From: a virus
Lineage: Duplodnaviria > Caudoviricetes
IMG/VR virus record: IMGVR_UViG_3300037461_000766
Coordinates: 1 to 46,523 of that record
DNA: 46,523 nt
Direction: 5' to 3' (one strand)
Shown here: positions 24,342 to 33,681 of the stretch, piece by piece
Layout: each line of letters starts with the position of its first letter
Numbering within the stretch: the first letter of the stretch is position 1
Program-made: the position numbers and the translations under genes
Notes under the pieces: model-generated
What the model was told of the DNA's origin: nothing
Database searches by the model: none
The model's input: only the letters and a program-made list of their open reading frames with translations

Positions 24342-26504
24342 CTATGCGCCAGCGTTCTTGAAGAGTCCGCGGTGCTCCGTCAGCGCCACGCCGAAGTCGA
24401 AGTAGGAGACCCACTCGACTCCGAGAATCGCGGTCCCGTCCAGACGCGTGATCTGAGGCGTTCGTACGCCGTTCAGGAAGACCACGCCGACGGTGTCGAT
24501 CTGGGACGGATCGGCCACGAGATACCACGCGTTCTCGGCGAGGGCGTCAAGCTCAGGCTCAACGATAAGCTGAAGCTGACGCACCCAGTCGACCGTGGCG
24601 TTCGCCACAGTGGCCGGGTAGTACGTCTGCATCAGCTTGAGGCAGGTATTCTCGTGGTAGGCCGGAATGATCAAGAATCTGGGCGTCAGGTTCAGGATCG
24701 CGGGCGAGTTCGGGTTCAAGCCCTTCTGCTTCCTCATGAGCTTGCGGGCTTCCGCCAACGTCGTGTCCGACGGAGCGGCAGCCGTGCCGAGGTTGGATCC
24801 GCTCGTGTGCGTCGTGGCAAAAAGGGCGACCGAATCCTCGGCCATGGTCTTGCCGGTATTCACGGTCGTGTAAACCTTCTTGTTCATCGTCCGCGCAGCG
24901 GCTGCTCCGAACATGGCAGGAATCCGCGAAAAGCCGGCCAGGTCGTCGTTGATGATCGCCTGACGGCTGACGCCGAAGCGCCGAGCGTAGGTGCTCACCG
25001 AGTAGGTCTCCCTGGTGTCCGCCGCGGTCGATTCCGAAATCGGAATGAGCTCGGGGTTCACCGCGAACTCTTCCGCTTCGGAGAGCTTCACGCGCGACTG
25101 GGTTTTGAAGTCGGCCACGGAGATCGGCGTAGTCCACGCCTGATAGGTCGTGGGCGCGAGCTGGAATCCAGACGCAAGGCTCTTGGTCGCCAGGTTCTCG
25201 AGGAGGTAGGGGAAGTCGCTCGCCGAGTGCTGCATCGCACGCGAGCCGCAAAGGAACGCCAGACCCGCAGTGGCGAGCCTGTTGCGATCCCAGCCGCGCG
25301 CCTCCCTGAGGCCACCGCGAACCGCGAAGGACCGCACGATCTCGTGCATGGGGAGATCGGCGGCCAGGTCGAGCCCATCCTTCTCGACTTCCTTGAGTTG
25401 GATGCTGCCTCCGGCTCCGTTGATCCTACGGCCGACCACGGCGAGGTGAGCACGGAAGAACTTATCATCCGCGTCCTCCTCGACGGTCACTCTGGTGTCG
25501 AGCGGCCGGCGGGTGGCGATCATGTCGTCCAGGAGCACGTTCCGAGCCTGCTCCAGGGTGTAGCCCTTCTCGAGCCACTCCGCGGCGCGCTCGGGTGACC
25601 CGGCGGTCTTGGCAAGCTGGATCATGGCCAAGGAGGTCTGCTGACCTTCCATCCGCGCGCTACGCAGCACGTCGTCGGCCACGGGAGCAGCGCTTGCCTT
25701 GGCCGCGCTGACCGGCTGCTTCGCCGGATCCTCCCTGACTGGTTCCTTGGAGTCGCTCTTGCGCTGGCCCTCAAGGATCTTCGAGAGGTCCTCCGGCAGC
25801 GCCTCGAGCGCCTTGCGGCAGGCCCCCTCGTCCGCATCTTCCTTCACGAGCCCTCTCTTCACGAGAAGTGCTTTCAGCCACTCCGGCATGTCGTCCTCCT
25901 GTGCATCTCTGGCTGATCTACCCACCCCCACGGTTGCGTCCGCAGGGAGCGGGGTGAGACTAATTTCCCTGGGAGCCCAACGTGTGATTACCGCAAGTGG
26001 ACCCTGGAAGGTCTTGCCGCCAGGGCTGGTCCAGGACTCGTCCTTGCGAATGACGAAGCCCTCGAGCGCCTTGTAACGCACGCTCACCCCTCGCACGCTG
26101 CCGCTTTTCACCTTCTGCCAGACCAGGTCAGCGTCTGGATCTGAGTCGAAAACGATCTCCGCGCGTCCCACTCGCTCGCCGTAGTCGATCGTCACATTCT
26201 CGGGTCGGCCGATCACGGCTCGTGTGTCGTGGTCGTAGAGCACGCTCCCGAGCCCACGAAGCGGCTCCAGGTCCACAGCCTGCGCCTCATGGAGCAGGAC
26301 GATGGGATCGAGATAGTCGAAATCGCGCGTCGGCGATTCGCTCGAGAATGCGACCGAAACACGTCGCGACTTCTCGTCCACAGAATCGCGCCGCACGGCC
26401 CCGGCCACGCTCAAGTGGTCCGGCAGCTTTCGCAGGAACTCGGCCGACGAATGAGATCGTCTGGCCTCAAGCTTCTGGAGTGTCTTCGTCTTCCTGCTCG
26501 CCAT
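24342..26504 (-). CDS. Prohead protease-scaffold-major capsid protein fusion
   Basis: HK97-type protease N-terminus (VAFSSE.P, LYDHD, SVRGVSVRY, EISL.PLPAD..VG); C-terminal capsid domain (SDFPYLL, VADFK, SRQAIINDDL). Confidence 0.9.
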   Translation of the reverse strand: MASRKTKTLQKLEARRSHSSAEFLRKLPDHLSVAGAVRRDSVDEKSRRVSVAFSSESPTRDFDYLDPIVLLHEAQAVDLEPLRGLGSVLYDHDTRAVIGRPENVTIDYGERVGRAEIVFDSDPDADLVWQKVKSGSVRGVSVRYKALEGFVIRKDESWTSPGGKTFQGPLAVITRWAPREISLTPLPADATVGVGRSARDAQEDDMPEWLKALLVKRGLVKEDADEGACRKALEALPEDLSKILEGQRKSDSKEPVREDPAKQPVSAAKASAAPVADDVLRSARMEGQQTSLAMIQLAKTAGSPERAAEWLEKGYTLEQARNVLLDDMIATRRPLDTRVTVEEDADDKFFRAHLAVVGRRINGAGGSIQLKEVEKDGLDLAADLPMHEIVRSFAVRGGLREARGWDRNRLATAGLAFLCGSRAMQHSASDFPYLLENLATKSLASGFQLAPTTYQAWTTPISVADFKTQSRVKLSEAEEFAVNPELIPISESTAADTRETYSVSTYARRFGVSRQAIINDDLAGFSRIPAMFGAAAARTMNKKVYTTVNTGKTMAEDSVALFATTHTSGSNLGTAAAPSDTTLAEARKLMRKQKGLNPNSPAILNLTPRFLIIPAYHENTCLKLMQTYYPATVANATVDWVRQLQLIVEPELDALAENAWYLVADPSQIDTVGVVFLNGVRTPQITRLDGTAILGVEWVSYFDFGVALTEHRGLFKNAGA

Positions 26505-28065
26505 CGTTCACCTTTGGATTCGGTTTCTTGACGCCATTCGTCGTGGCAGCCGGAACCTTCGGCTGGAAGATCGAGAGCTCCATGCCGTTCTCTTTCGCGA
26601 ACGCCTTCGCCTCAGCGAGCTGCTCGATCACCTCGTAGTAGTCGCGGCCACGCTCCTGGGCGCTCTCCTGTGGGCTCTTGAGCCCGGCGCGAATGGCCTC
26701 GAGCTCGGCCTCCATCTCCTTCCCCGGGTCGACCCAGTCCCACCCAGGAGTGCGCCACATGAGCTCCCACTCTTCGCGCCTCATGCCTGTGAACGGCTGG
26801 ACTCCAGCCACGAGCGCGCAGCGGAAGAACTCGTCGGCCACGGGCATGCAGAGCTGCTCGACGAGGAAGCTCTGCCGAGGGCACCATGCCTTGATGTCCT
26901 CCAAGTACTGCTGCCGCGCCGCCGAGAAGCTCGAGTCGGAATAGTCGCGCGCCAGGAAGCCGTAGCTCACGTTGATGCCAACCGCGGCAGATCTGAGCAT
27001 GAGCTTGACGAAGGGCTCGAACGAAGTGGAGGCGATATTCGCCGAAGCCGACTCGAAAGAGTCGTTGGGTCCTCCAGAGAGGATCATCCCCCCTTCCACC
27101 TGTCCGATCGGGTTTCCCGCATCGTCGCTCGTGGGCGTCTCTGAGGCATCTAAGGGTTGGGGGAGTCTGAGAGGGAGGCCGCCACGCTTGATCATCAGCG
27201 CGAAGGCGCTGGCGATCCTGGCGCGCGTAAGCTCAAAATCCAGGTACTGTGCAAGCGCCTCAAAGGTCCGGGCTACCGAATGGATCCGCGGCAGCCCGCG
27301 AATGGCCCCGGGCCTGTGCGGAGAGAATAGGTGCAGCACGCGATCTGCTGGCACCCTCTTAGCCGTAGTGCTCTGGCTCGTGATGCTCAGCCCATCCGCC
27401 GGATCCTGCTCGTAGATGTGGTAGGCGACGATTCGCTTCTCGGAGTCGAACTCGACCCCCTGGACGATCTCGTTCCCGCCACCTGGTGCAGGCTCATCCA
27501 ACGTTGCGATACGTTCGGCGCTCACAAGATCGAGGATCAGTGGCACCTTGCGTTTCGTCCCCTTGGGCGGAGTCGAGAACACGACGAACGCTTCGCCAGA
27601 AACGTTGAGCTCCCGTTCCACGAGCCACTGGAAGCGGTAGAAACTCATGCGGCCCTGGAGGTCGACGCCCCGGGCCCACTCGTCCCACGCAGCAGCGGCC
27701 TGGTCGTTCTTGGCCTCGTCGAACGATACGCCTCGTTCACCGGGGGATCGCCGGCGCTTGCGAATGCGCGACTCTGGCCGAATCCCCATTCCGACCACGT
27801 TGTTTGCGATCGCATTCCAGACGCCGTGCACCCACGAGACGTTGCGGTCCAGGTCGCGCGAACTCGCCAGTAGGTTCTGCCGATTCTGTGCAACTTCCGT
27901 CCTCGGACCCAGAAGGGTCGTAGGGATCTTGGCCCGCAACCTGTGAGGATTCGTGGCCTCGAACGATCGCAGGTGATCGAGGGCGAGCAGCTCCAGGCGT
28001 GCGTTGACTGCACGCTGGACGTGCCGTGGGGCAACATAGCTCAAGAGCGAAAGCAGCAGATTCAT
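26467..28065 (-). CDS. Portal protein, lambda family
   Basis: SRDL.RN, NVVG.GI, GVEFD...R.VAYHI, VLHLF...RPG.IRGLP, SFSAARQ, WDWVDP.KE. Confidence 0.93.
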   Translation of the reverse strand: MNLLLSLLSYVAPRHVQRAVNARLELLALDHLRSFEATNPHRLRAKIPTTLLGPRTEVAQNRQNLLASSRDLDRNVSWVHGVWNAIANNVVGMGIRPESRIRKRRRSPGERGVSFDEAKNDQAAAAWDEWARGVDLQGRMSFYRFQWLVERELNVSGEAFVVFSTPPKGTKRKVPLILDLVSAERIATLDEPAPGGGNEIVQGVEFDSEKRIVAYHIYEQDPADGLSITSQSTTAKRVPADRVLHLFSPHRPGAIRGLPRIHSVARTFEALAQYLDFELTRARIASAFALMIKRGGLPLRLPQPLDASETPTSDDAGNPIGQVEGGMILSGGPNDSFESASANIASTSFEPFVKLMLRSAAVGINVSYGFLARDYSDSSFSAARQQYLEDIKAWCPRQSFLVEQLCMPVADEFFRCALVAGVQPFTGMRREEWELMWRTPGWDWVDPGKEMEAELEAIRAGLKSPQESAQERGRDYYEVIEQLAEAKAFAKENGMELSIFQPKVPAATTNGVKKPNPKVNDGEQEDEDTPEA

Positions 28066-28074
28066 CGGCGGCTG

Positions 28075-28287
28075 TCACATAGGAGTGAGTCTCGCAAGGA
28101 TCACGGACGTTCCAACGTCCTCTTGCTCGACCTCACCCTTGAGCTCACGCCTGATCTGCCACAGCTCCGACAGGGAGCACAGGGAGATGTCTCGGCCACG
28201 GACTACGAATCGCTGAACTGCCCCGCCGTTCAGGATTGTCGAGATCGCCGTCTCAACTGCCGTCAGGAGCTCCAGTGAGGTCGCCAT
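28075..28287 (-). CDS. Head completion protein gpW-like
   Basis: 70 aa; AI..IL.GG....V.GR....L.EL pattern; directly before the portal gene. Confidence 0.8.
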   Translation of the reverse strand: MATSLELLTAVETAISTILNGGAVQRFVVRGRDISLCSLSELWQIRRELKGEVEQEDVGTSVILARLTPM

Positions 28288-28354
28288 ACAACGGCAACTC
28301 TTACAGGCGCTCCTACTATGAAATCAATAGCGTTCGCATTAGCACGGATGGATT

Positions 28355-28612
28355 TCAAGAATAAGTCTCATCCGTGAGATAAGTTCGGCCACAAGAACGA
28401 CAGTATCTGCGGCGCTTGCGGATCCCGTGGCCCTTCAGGTCCCAGGTCTGCCTTACGCCGGTGTCGCTGCTCTTGCACCATGGGCATGAAATTCCTACGG
28501 GTGGACGAGGCGCATCCTGCTTTGGCACCCCTTTCGTGGCCGTTTCAACTGGCGATTCGTTGGCCTCACGCTCCAATGGATGGCCAGGAGGTGCCGGCTT
28601 CGCAAACGACAT
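28355..28612 (-). CDS. Zinc-ribbon protein (NrdR N-terminal/Ogr-like); possible late regulator
   Basis: CPWCKSSDTGV...RRRYCRSCGRTYLTDE; start ATG 28612 or GTG 28651. Confidence 0.7.
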   Translation of the reverse strand: MSFAKPAPPGHPLEREANESPVETATKGVPKQDAPRPPVGISCPWCKSSDTGVRQTWDLKGHGIRKRRRYCRSCGRTYLTDETYS

Positions 28613-28647
28613 TCTCCCCCTCACTTCACTTCGCGTCGTCTCTTTGC

Positions 28648-30492
28648 TCACTGGAAGATCCTCTCTCGAATAACAGTGGGTTTCAGTCCTTCCGCGTTTT
28701 GGCTCTGGATCGGCGGCTTCTCCGAGAACGGCACATTCAGGAGCTCGGCCCCGACCAGGGCCAAGACCTCGCAGTCGAAGTAGTGGTTTGGCGCCCCCGG
28801 TGACAGCACCTGCCACCGATATTCCACGCGTCCCGAGCGCTTGCCCTTCGCCTGGACGAGTTGCTCTGCCGACATGTGCGTGAAGTACTCCTCATCCATG
28901 CCGAGTGGTAGGTGCCACTTCCCCGTTCGGATCATCCTGTGGAGCTTGCTCTTGTAGTATCCGGTGTGCACCAAGAGGAGCGGCAACTGTGTAGATCCGC
29001 GGTCGACGTTCGACCACGCCGTGGGCTTCGTTGGCCTGCTCGCCCCCTTGGTCGCGATGCAGCCGGTCTGCCCGCACCAGTCGTAGACCTCCAGGGTGCT
29101 GACGCCGTCGCCGGAGTCGACCAGGGCGGTCTGAAGCTGCACCGTGTCCTTCGCTCGGTTGCGGTAGACGCTTCGGAAAAGGACCTGGTAGAGCTCCTCC
29201 CAGCCGACTGCGGTCCCGTGCTTCACGAGCCAGCTTTCCTCTTCGGGCCCCCAGGCGCGGATCACGTAGTAGAGCGTCAGCGTGCCCCCGGGCCGCTGAA
29301 CGTCCACGCCGGCCGTGAGGAGCCAGGCCTTGTCGGCCACCTCGCCCTCGTAGAGCCCCGTGTCCGCGCGGGCTCGCACCTCGGCCGCGCGGAGCTCGTT
29401 GACGGCCACGCGCCACTCCTCGGCCAGCCACGAGTTGACGAAGTTCATCAGCGTCTCGGGCTTATCCTTCGAACGTAAGAACTTGGCGACGATCTCTGAG
29501 TACGTGAGCAGCGGACTATAGGCCGCCCATAGGTGATAGCCGACGTGCCGCCGACGGCCCGGGGGCGAGCGCACGGATCCATCCGGGAGGACCTCGCCGC
29601 CCTCGGGGACCCACCGGCCACGGCGAAGCATTTCGGGACGGTGGGCGTCCAGAATCCGCCCGTGGCAGTGGGCGCACTCGTACCACGCCAGCCGCTCCGC
29701 CTCGATCCGTACGGGATCGTCTACTTCGGCCGGCCACTTGATCCCTGGTGTCCCGGGCCCCTTCGTGCCCCACACTAGGACCTGGTAGGCCCCGCACAGG
29801 GGGCAGGGAACAAAGTACCTCTCTCGTGTACTCTGGTCGTATTCCCGCGTTATGTACCCGTCCTCCGTGGTCGGGGTCGAACTCTTGATGATCTTGCGAT
29901 TCGGAAACCACCGCGTGCGCTCCCGGGCCAGCGAAATCGGGTCCGCTTCCCGCCCGCTCCAGGGCGGCCACTTGTTGACCTCGTCCAGGATCAGAATGCA
30001 GACGGACCTGGAGGCCAGCCCCGCTGGCGAGTTCGCCCCCGTGAAGTAGAGGACCATGCCATTGCCGAGGTGGATCGCGTCACGAGTCTCTGAGTAGCGC
30101 GCGCCCTCCCGCAGATCGGCCAGGGAGGGGCTCTCGCGCAGCACGGGCTGGTAGCGTTCGATGTTGACGCTCTCGGCGTCCTCGTCGCGCGGCATGACGT
30201 GGAGCGCAGGCCATGGATCATGCTTGGCGAAATAGAAAACGGCGATGATCGATGCGAGAGTCTTGCCGAGCTGCGTCGACCACTTGAGGGAGATCTCTTC
30301 CACGTCTGGATCCGTGACAGCCTGCAGCACTCCGCGCAAGTAAGGCGTAAGAGAGAGGTTCAACGGCCCAGGAAATGACGAAACAGACCGCGGCAGGACC
30401 AGAGCATCTTCAGCCCATGCGTCGATCGTGATCTCTGGAGGCAGAGGCCAGGCGCTCTGCTCCCATGGCCTAAACAGAGGGGCTTTGCTCAC
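28648..30492 (-). CDS. terL: Terminase large subunit, lambda gpA family
   Basis: TPYL, STQLGKT (Walker A), ILDEV, SSTPT, VPCPLCG, C.HC, LTAGVDVQ, NHYFDCEV; GTG 30492 preferred over 30633. Confidence 0.93.
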   Translation of the reverse strand: MSKAPLFRPWEQSAWPLPPEITIDAWAEDALVLPRSVSSFPGPLNLSLTPYLRGVLQAVTDPDVEEISLKWSTQLGKTLASIIAVFYFAKHDPWPALHVMPRDEDAESVNIERYQPVLRESPSLADLREGARYSETRDAIHLGNGMVLYFTGANSPAGLASRSVCILILDEVNKWPPWSGREADPISLARERTRWFPNRKIIKSSTPTTEDGYITREYDQSTRERYFVPCPLCGAYQVLVWGTKGPGTPGIKWPAEVDDPVRIEAERLAWYECAHCHGRILDAHRPEMLRRGRWVPEGGEVLPDGSVRSPPGRRRHVGYHLWAAYSPLLTYSEIVAKFLRSKDKPETLMNFVNSWLAEEWRVAVNELRAAEVRARADTGLYEGEVADKAWLLTAGVDVQRPGGTLTLYYVIRAWGPEEESWLVKHGTAVGWEELYQVLFRSVYRNRAKDTVQLQTALVDSGDGVSTLEVYDWCGQTGCIATKGASRPTKPTAWSNVDRGSTQLPLLLVHTGYYKSKLHRMIRTGKWHLPLGMDEEYFTHMSAEQLVQAKGKRSGRVEYRWQVLSPGAPNHYFDCEVLALVGAELLNVPFSEKPPIQSQNAEGLKPTVIRERIFQ

Positions 30493-30787
30493 GAACGCCC
30501 TTCCGCTCGAAGTAGTCTTGATCGTGAATCGCCATCCGCTCCTGGAGGTTGCAGACGCGCCGGAAGAAATCTTCGTAGGTTTTCCGCAGTCGCTCGAGTT
30601 CCTGTTCGATCTTATCCGTGCGGGCATCCCCACTGCGCTCTTGCGCCACGCGCCAAACTGCCACGCTCAACTTCAGAAGCTGCCTGGAGACTTCCGGCTG
30701 CACCTCGACGGGGTGCTGCTCCGCCCACTGAAGGAACTCAAGAACTCGATCGTAAAGAACCCAGACTGCAGGCTTGTCGCTGTTCAC
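30470..30787 (-). CDS. Hypothetical protein
   Basis: Coupled small ORF overlapping the terL start. Confidence 0.6.
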   Translation of the reverse strand: MNSDKPAVWVLYDRVLEFLQWAEQHPVEVQPEVSRQLLKLSVAVWRVAQERSGDARTDKIEQELERLRKTYEDFFRRVCNLQERMAIHDQDYFERKGVREQSPSV

Positions 30788-31017
30788 GGATTCGCCTCAT
30801 TTTTCGGCTTCGCGGGCCACCCGGGCCAACTCTCACCGTGCATCGGGTGGAAACACAACGCTATCTTGATGATCAGTTTGGCAATCTCTGGAGATCCTTT
30901 CTCCAGTGCTTCGAGGGCCAGACGTAGCCCCTTCTCGTAGATGTCCTTCGTGGCCTCGACGTTCGCATGGATCAGATCGAGGTATGGATCTGGTTGAGGC
31001 CAACTCGCTTCCTTCAT
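30784..31017 (-). CDS. Hypothetical protein
   Basis: 4-bp overlaps at both ends; AAGGAG RBS. Confidence 0.65.
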   Translation of the reverse strand: MKEASWPQPDPYLDLIHANVEATKDIYEKGLRLALEALEKGSPEIAKLIIKIALCFHPMHGESWPGWPAKPKNEANP

Positions 31018-31214
31018 GGCATCTCCTTCAGCGCCGCGTCCGCCTTGTTCAGCAACGCCGCCACTCTCTTGGCAAGGTCACGGCTGTGGAACCACGCCTC
31101 GTACTTCCCATCCCGCCCGTGGCCGTGGCGACGCAGCGCCCAGTTGACGTGCGTCACACCCAAATGGATGTAGGTTACCTCCCGCCGCACGAAGTAAAAG
31201 TTCCTGCGCTTCAT
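31014..31214 (-). CDS. Hypothetical protein
   Basis: ATGA overlaps; GGAGG RBS. Confidence 0.65.
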   Translation of the reverse strand: MKRRNFYFVRREVTYIHLGVTHVNWALRRHGHGRDGKYEAWFHSRDLAKRVAALLNKADAALKEMP

Positions 31215-31441
31215 GCCTCCTCCTTCTCATAGTCTTCCCATGCATCGGCAATGAGCATTACCGCTTCCTGCGTATTCCTGGCAGTGGACGCCTTCCTTAC
31301 CGCCTCGACGACAGGCAAGGCGCGGAGTGCCCAGCCAATGACATGCCGTATCTCACCAATCCGCGCTGGTCCAAGCCTGGCCTCTATCAACTCGTGATCT
31401 TCCAAAAGGATCGCCTGCTTTTTGAGTTCTTCTCGCGTCAC
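31211..31441 (-). CDS. Hypothetical protein
   Basis: AAGGAG RBS before GTG; coupled to the next gene. Confidence 0.65.
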   Translation of the reverse strand: MTREELKKQAILLEDHELIEARLGPARIGEIRHVIGWALRALPVVEAVRKASTARNTQEAVMLIADAWEDYEKEEA

Positions 31442-31465
31442 GGCGTCTCTCCTTTCACCGTCGCC

Positions 31466-31738
31466 TCAAATCTTTGGAGTGTTGCGGTCCAGACACTCCA
31501 GCATTGCCACGGCGACTGCGGCCACTTGAACAAGTTCCTTCGCCACATTCTTCCACCCGCCATGCTCCCCACCAAAGCGCGTCTGAAGAATCGCCTGCGC
31601 GACTTCGCCGACCTCCTCGGCCAGGATCAGGTAGTACCACTCGGGGCTATGGTTCTGTTCGCCCCACTTCTCGTCTTGCCGTTTACGCTCCTGCCAGACG
31701 GCCCTAAGAGCGAGGTTCGTTGCTGTGCTGATCTCCAC
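31466..31738 (-). CDS. MazG-like all-alpha NTP pyrophosphohydrolase
   Basis: ERKRQDEKWGEQ...LAEEVGEVAQA...KELVQVAAVA (EExxE...ExxQ pattern). Confidence 0.75.
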   Translation of the reverse strand: MEISTATNLALRAVWQERKRQDEKWGEQNHSPEWYYLILAEEVGEVAQAILQTRFGGEHGGWKNVAKELVQVAAVAVAMLECLDRNTPKI

Positions 31739-32018
31739 CTTGCTCTCCTTTCACTGCCGCTACCGCCGCGTCGATGGCGGCGTCGGGGCCAGTCTCATAC
31801 CATGACGGCGGCATCACGGAACTTTCGTTGGTATGGCGAAAACGGTATCGGCACGTCGCTGGGTCCCCCATGAAAACCGAGCTAACGTCCATCTCCAATA
31901 GCCACCCGCGCTTCAGGATCTCCCGCAGCGCCTTGTTCTCTTCGCGCAACCTGGCGATCTCAGCCAGCCCATCGCGCTCGGCGTTGTCAACGTCCATCGA
32001 CTCGGGGGAATAATTCAT
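31704..32018 (-). CDS. Hypothetical protein with coiled coil and WY.T..DAAIDAA motif
   Basis: Shares its C-terminal module with 32355-32876. Confidence 0.65.
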   Translation of the reverse strand: MNYSPESMDVDNAERDGLAEIARLREENKALREILKRGWLLEMDVSSVFMGDPATCRYRFRHTNESSVMPPSWYETGPDAAIDAAVAAVKGEQGGDQHSNEPRS

Positions 32019-32031
32019 GGCGTTTACTTTC

Positions 32032-32352
32032 TCACGGCTCCGCCTCCACGAGCGACCAGAGATCCACGTCTAATTCGGTCGGCGATTTGTTGGTATATTT
32101 AAAAAGACTCTTATGTTGCCTGATCCCAGCCTCCAGCTCCGCCACGCGGGCGCGGAGCTTGTCACGTTCCTTGACCAAGTTCTCCACGGCGATTTCGAGA
32201 CCAATCGAATAGGCCTTATCAGGGTGCATTGGCCCCACCTTCTTTATCCTGGCATCGATTGTGGCTATAAATTCCTCAAACCATTCCGTAAAAACCAGCG
32301 TTGGCTTACAGCGCTTTTTCTCGTCATTCTCCGCGCGTGTATGGTCGATCAT
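32032..32352 (-). CDS. Hypothetical coiled-coil protein
   Basis: ERDKLRARVAELEA coiled coil; coupled gene. Confidence 0.65.
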   Translation of the reverse strand: MIDHTRAENDEKKRCKPTLVFTEWFEEFIATIDARIKKVGPMHPDKAYSIGLEIAVENLVKERDKLRARVAELEAGIRQHKSLFKYTNKSPTELDVDLWSLVEAEP

Positions 32353-32354
32353 GG

Positions 32355-32876
32355 CTACGGCTTCCTCAAGGCCGCATCAATTGCAGCATCTTCTGTGGCG
32401 TACCAGTCTTTATCCTTTATGCCAACTCGAAAGCGTCTCTCCCAATTTCCCGGGCTTACCATGATGGACCGTTGCTCCATGCTCAGACTATCCTTGAGTA
32501 TTCGTCGCAGCTTCGCGTTCTCGAAACGGACGCTGTCATATGCTGTCTTCAGTCTCTCCACGGACCGCCTAACGGCCCCGACGTTTCCATCCTTCGTGAA
32601 TTCTTCTACAGGAAATCCCGCTTCCGCGAGGGCTGGTGACACACCGTGGACCATGTCGCCGTAGCACTTGGCCTTGATCCTGTAATGATCCATCCCCTCA
32701 GCCCGCAAGATCGCTGCGTCACGCTCCTCCAACAACTTGGCGTTCTCATCGCGCAGCCGCCTGATCTGTGCCGCATTCGAAAATACGCGCTCCGTCCAAT
32801 CAGAGACCGCCCCCCTCACGCAAGAACACACCCCGCCTGAATCGTTGATCATTTTTCCGCAGCGTTCACAGTGCAC
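32355..32876 (-). CDS. Hypothetical protein (Cys motif, coiled coil, DAAIDAA motif)
   Basis: GGAGG RBS before GTG 32876 (alternative ATG 32852); the longer 378-aa ORF call overlaps other genes. Confidence 0.6.
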   Translation of the reverse strand: MHCERCGKMINDSGGVCSCVRGAVSDWTERVFSNAAQIRRLRDENAKLLEERDAAILRAEGMDHYRIKAKCYGDMVHGVSPALAEAGFPVEEFTKDGNVGAVRRSVERLKTAYDSVRFENAKLRRILKDSLSMEQRSIMVSPGNWERRFRVGIKDKDWYATEDAAIDAALRKP

Positions 32877-33079
32877 AGCTTCAGTCCCTCCTTCCCGAGA
32901 AGAAGCCCCTCGGCGCACAACGTGCGGAGAGTGGTGCGACCGTCCGTCGTCCCCTCTACATGATCCTCGACGATGACGCTCACCTGTCCTCGATCGACGA
33001 AGACGGCCACGATCACGCCGTCGAGCTTGCCGTCCCACCCACGCACCACGTTTCTGCCAAGCAGATTCGTCACGAGCAT
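32849..33079 (-). CDS. Small SH3-like barrel hypothetical protein
   Basis: GGAGG RBS; LLGRNV...GVIVAVF...VIVE pattern. Confidence 0.55.
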   Translation of the reverse strand: MLVTNLLGRNVVRGWDGKLDGVIVAVFVDRGQVSVIVEDHVEGTTDGRTTLRTLCAEGLLLGKEGLKLCTVNAAEK

Positions 33080-33669
33080 CGCATGGCCTCCCTTCTGATC
33101 GCGTCCAGCACCTTCCCACGCACGCACATCGGCACACGTTCCGTTGGCACCCAGCACGAGTACGCCAGCGAAACCCACACATGCGAGCCCGCCCGCATCC
33201 TGGGCGTGATCCAGCGCTCGTCCCGCGCCCGTTTGATCGCAACGCGCGCCGCCTCTGCGATCTCCTCGTCGCGTGACTTGGCCTCGACCACGAGGCGAGC
33301 ACCCAAAGCGCGCAGCTCGGCCACGGTCGCCTTGCGCAGCCCGCGCCGAATGGCGACGCCGTAGCCGTCTGCACAGGCGAGCAGGGCACGCGCCCAGGCC
33401 CATGATCCAGGCACTCTGCCATCGTTGGACCACGCGATGCCGGCCTTGTCGACCAACCTCTGAGCCGCGCACTTCGCCTTAACAGACGCATCCCCCGGCG
33501 AGAGTTTGTAGCGGCACCTGGGGCACGTCACCAGATCCGTCGATTGCTCGCCGACGTAGACGCGCATCGTCGCGCCCCTCACACGCAGCCCGCAGTGGGT
33601 ACGGTGCGGCGAGGAAGCGTCGCTCCACCCGTGCACCATCCCTTTCGTGCCGACCAGTAACGTCTTCAT
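33070..33669 (-). CDS. Hypothetical protein with N-terminal His/Cys zinc motif
   Basis: VHG...THCG...VTCPRC; GAGG RBS; directly after terS. Confidence 0.65.
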   Translation of the reverse strand: MKTLLVGTKGMVHGWSDASSPHRTHCGLRVRGATMRVYVGEQSTDLVTCPRCRYKLSPGDASVKAKCAAQRLVDKAGIAWSNDGRVPGSWAWARALLACADGYGVAIRRGLRKATVAELRALGARLVVEAKSRDEEIAEAARVAIKRARDERWITPRMRAGSHVWVSLAYSCWVPTERVPMCVRGKVLDAIRREAMRCS

Positions 33670-33681
33670 CTCGCCTCTGAC

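Noticed and set aside
30493-30633. N-terminal extension of TerL (similarly RecD2 to 43265, gpL to 17847, gpK to 16604)
   Set aside because: Extensions overlap upstream genes; downstream starts have better RBS or coupling
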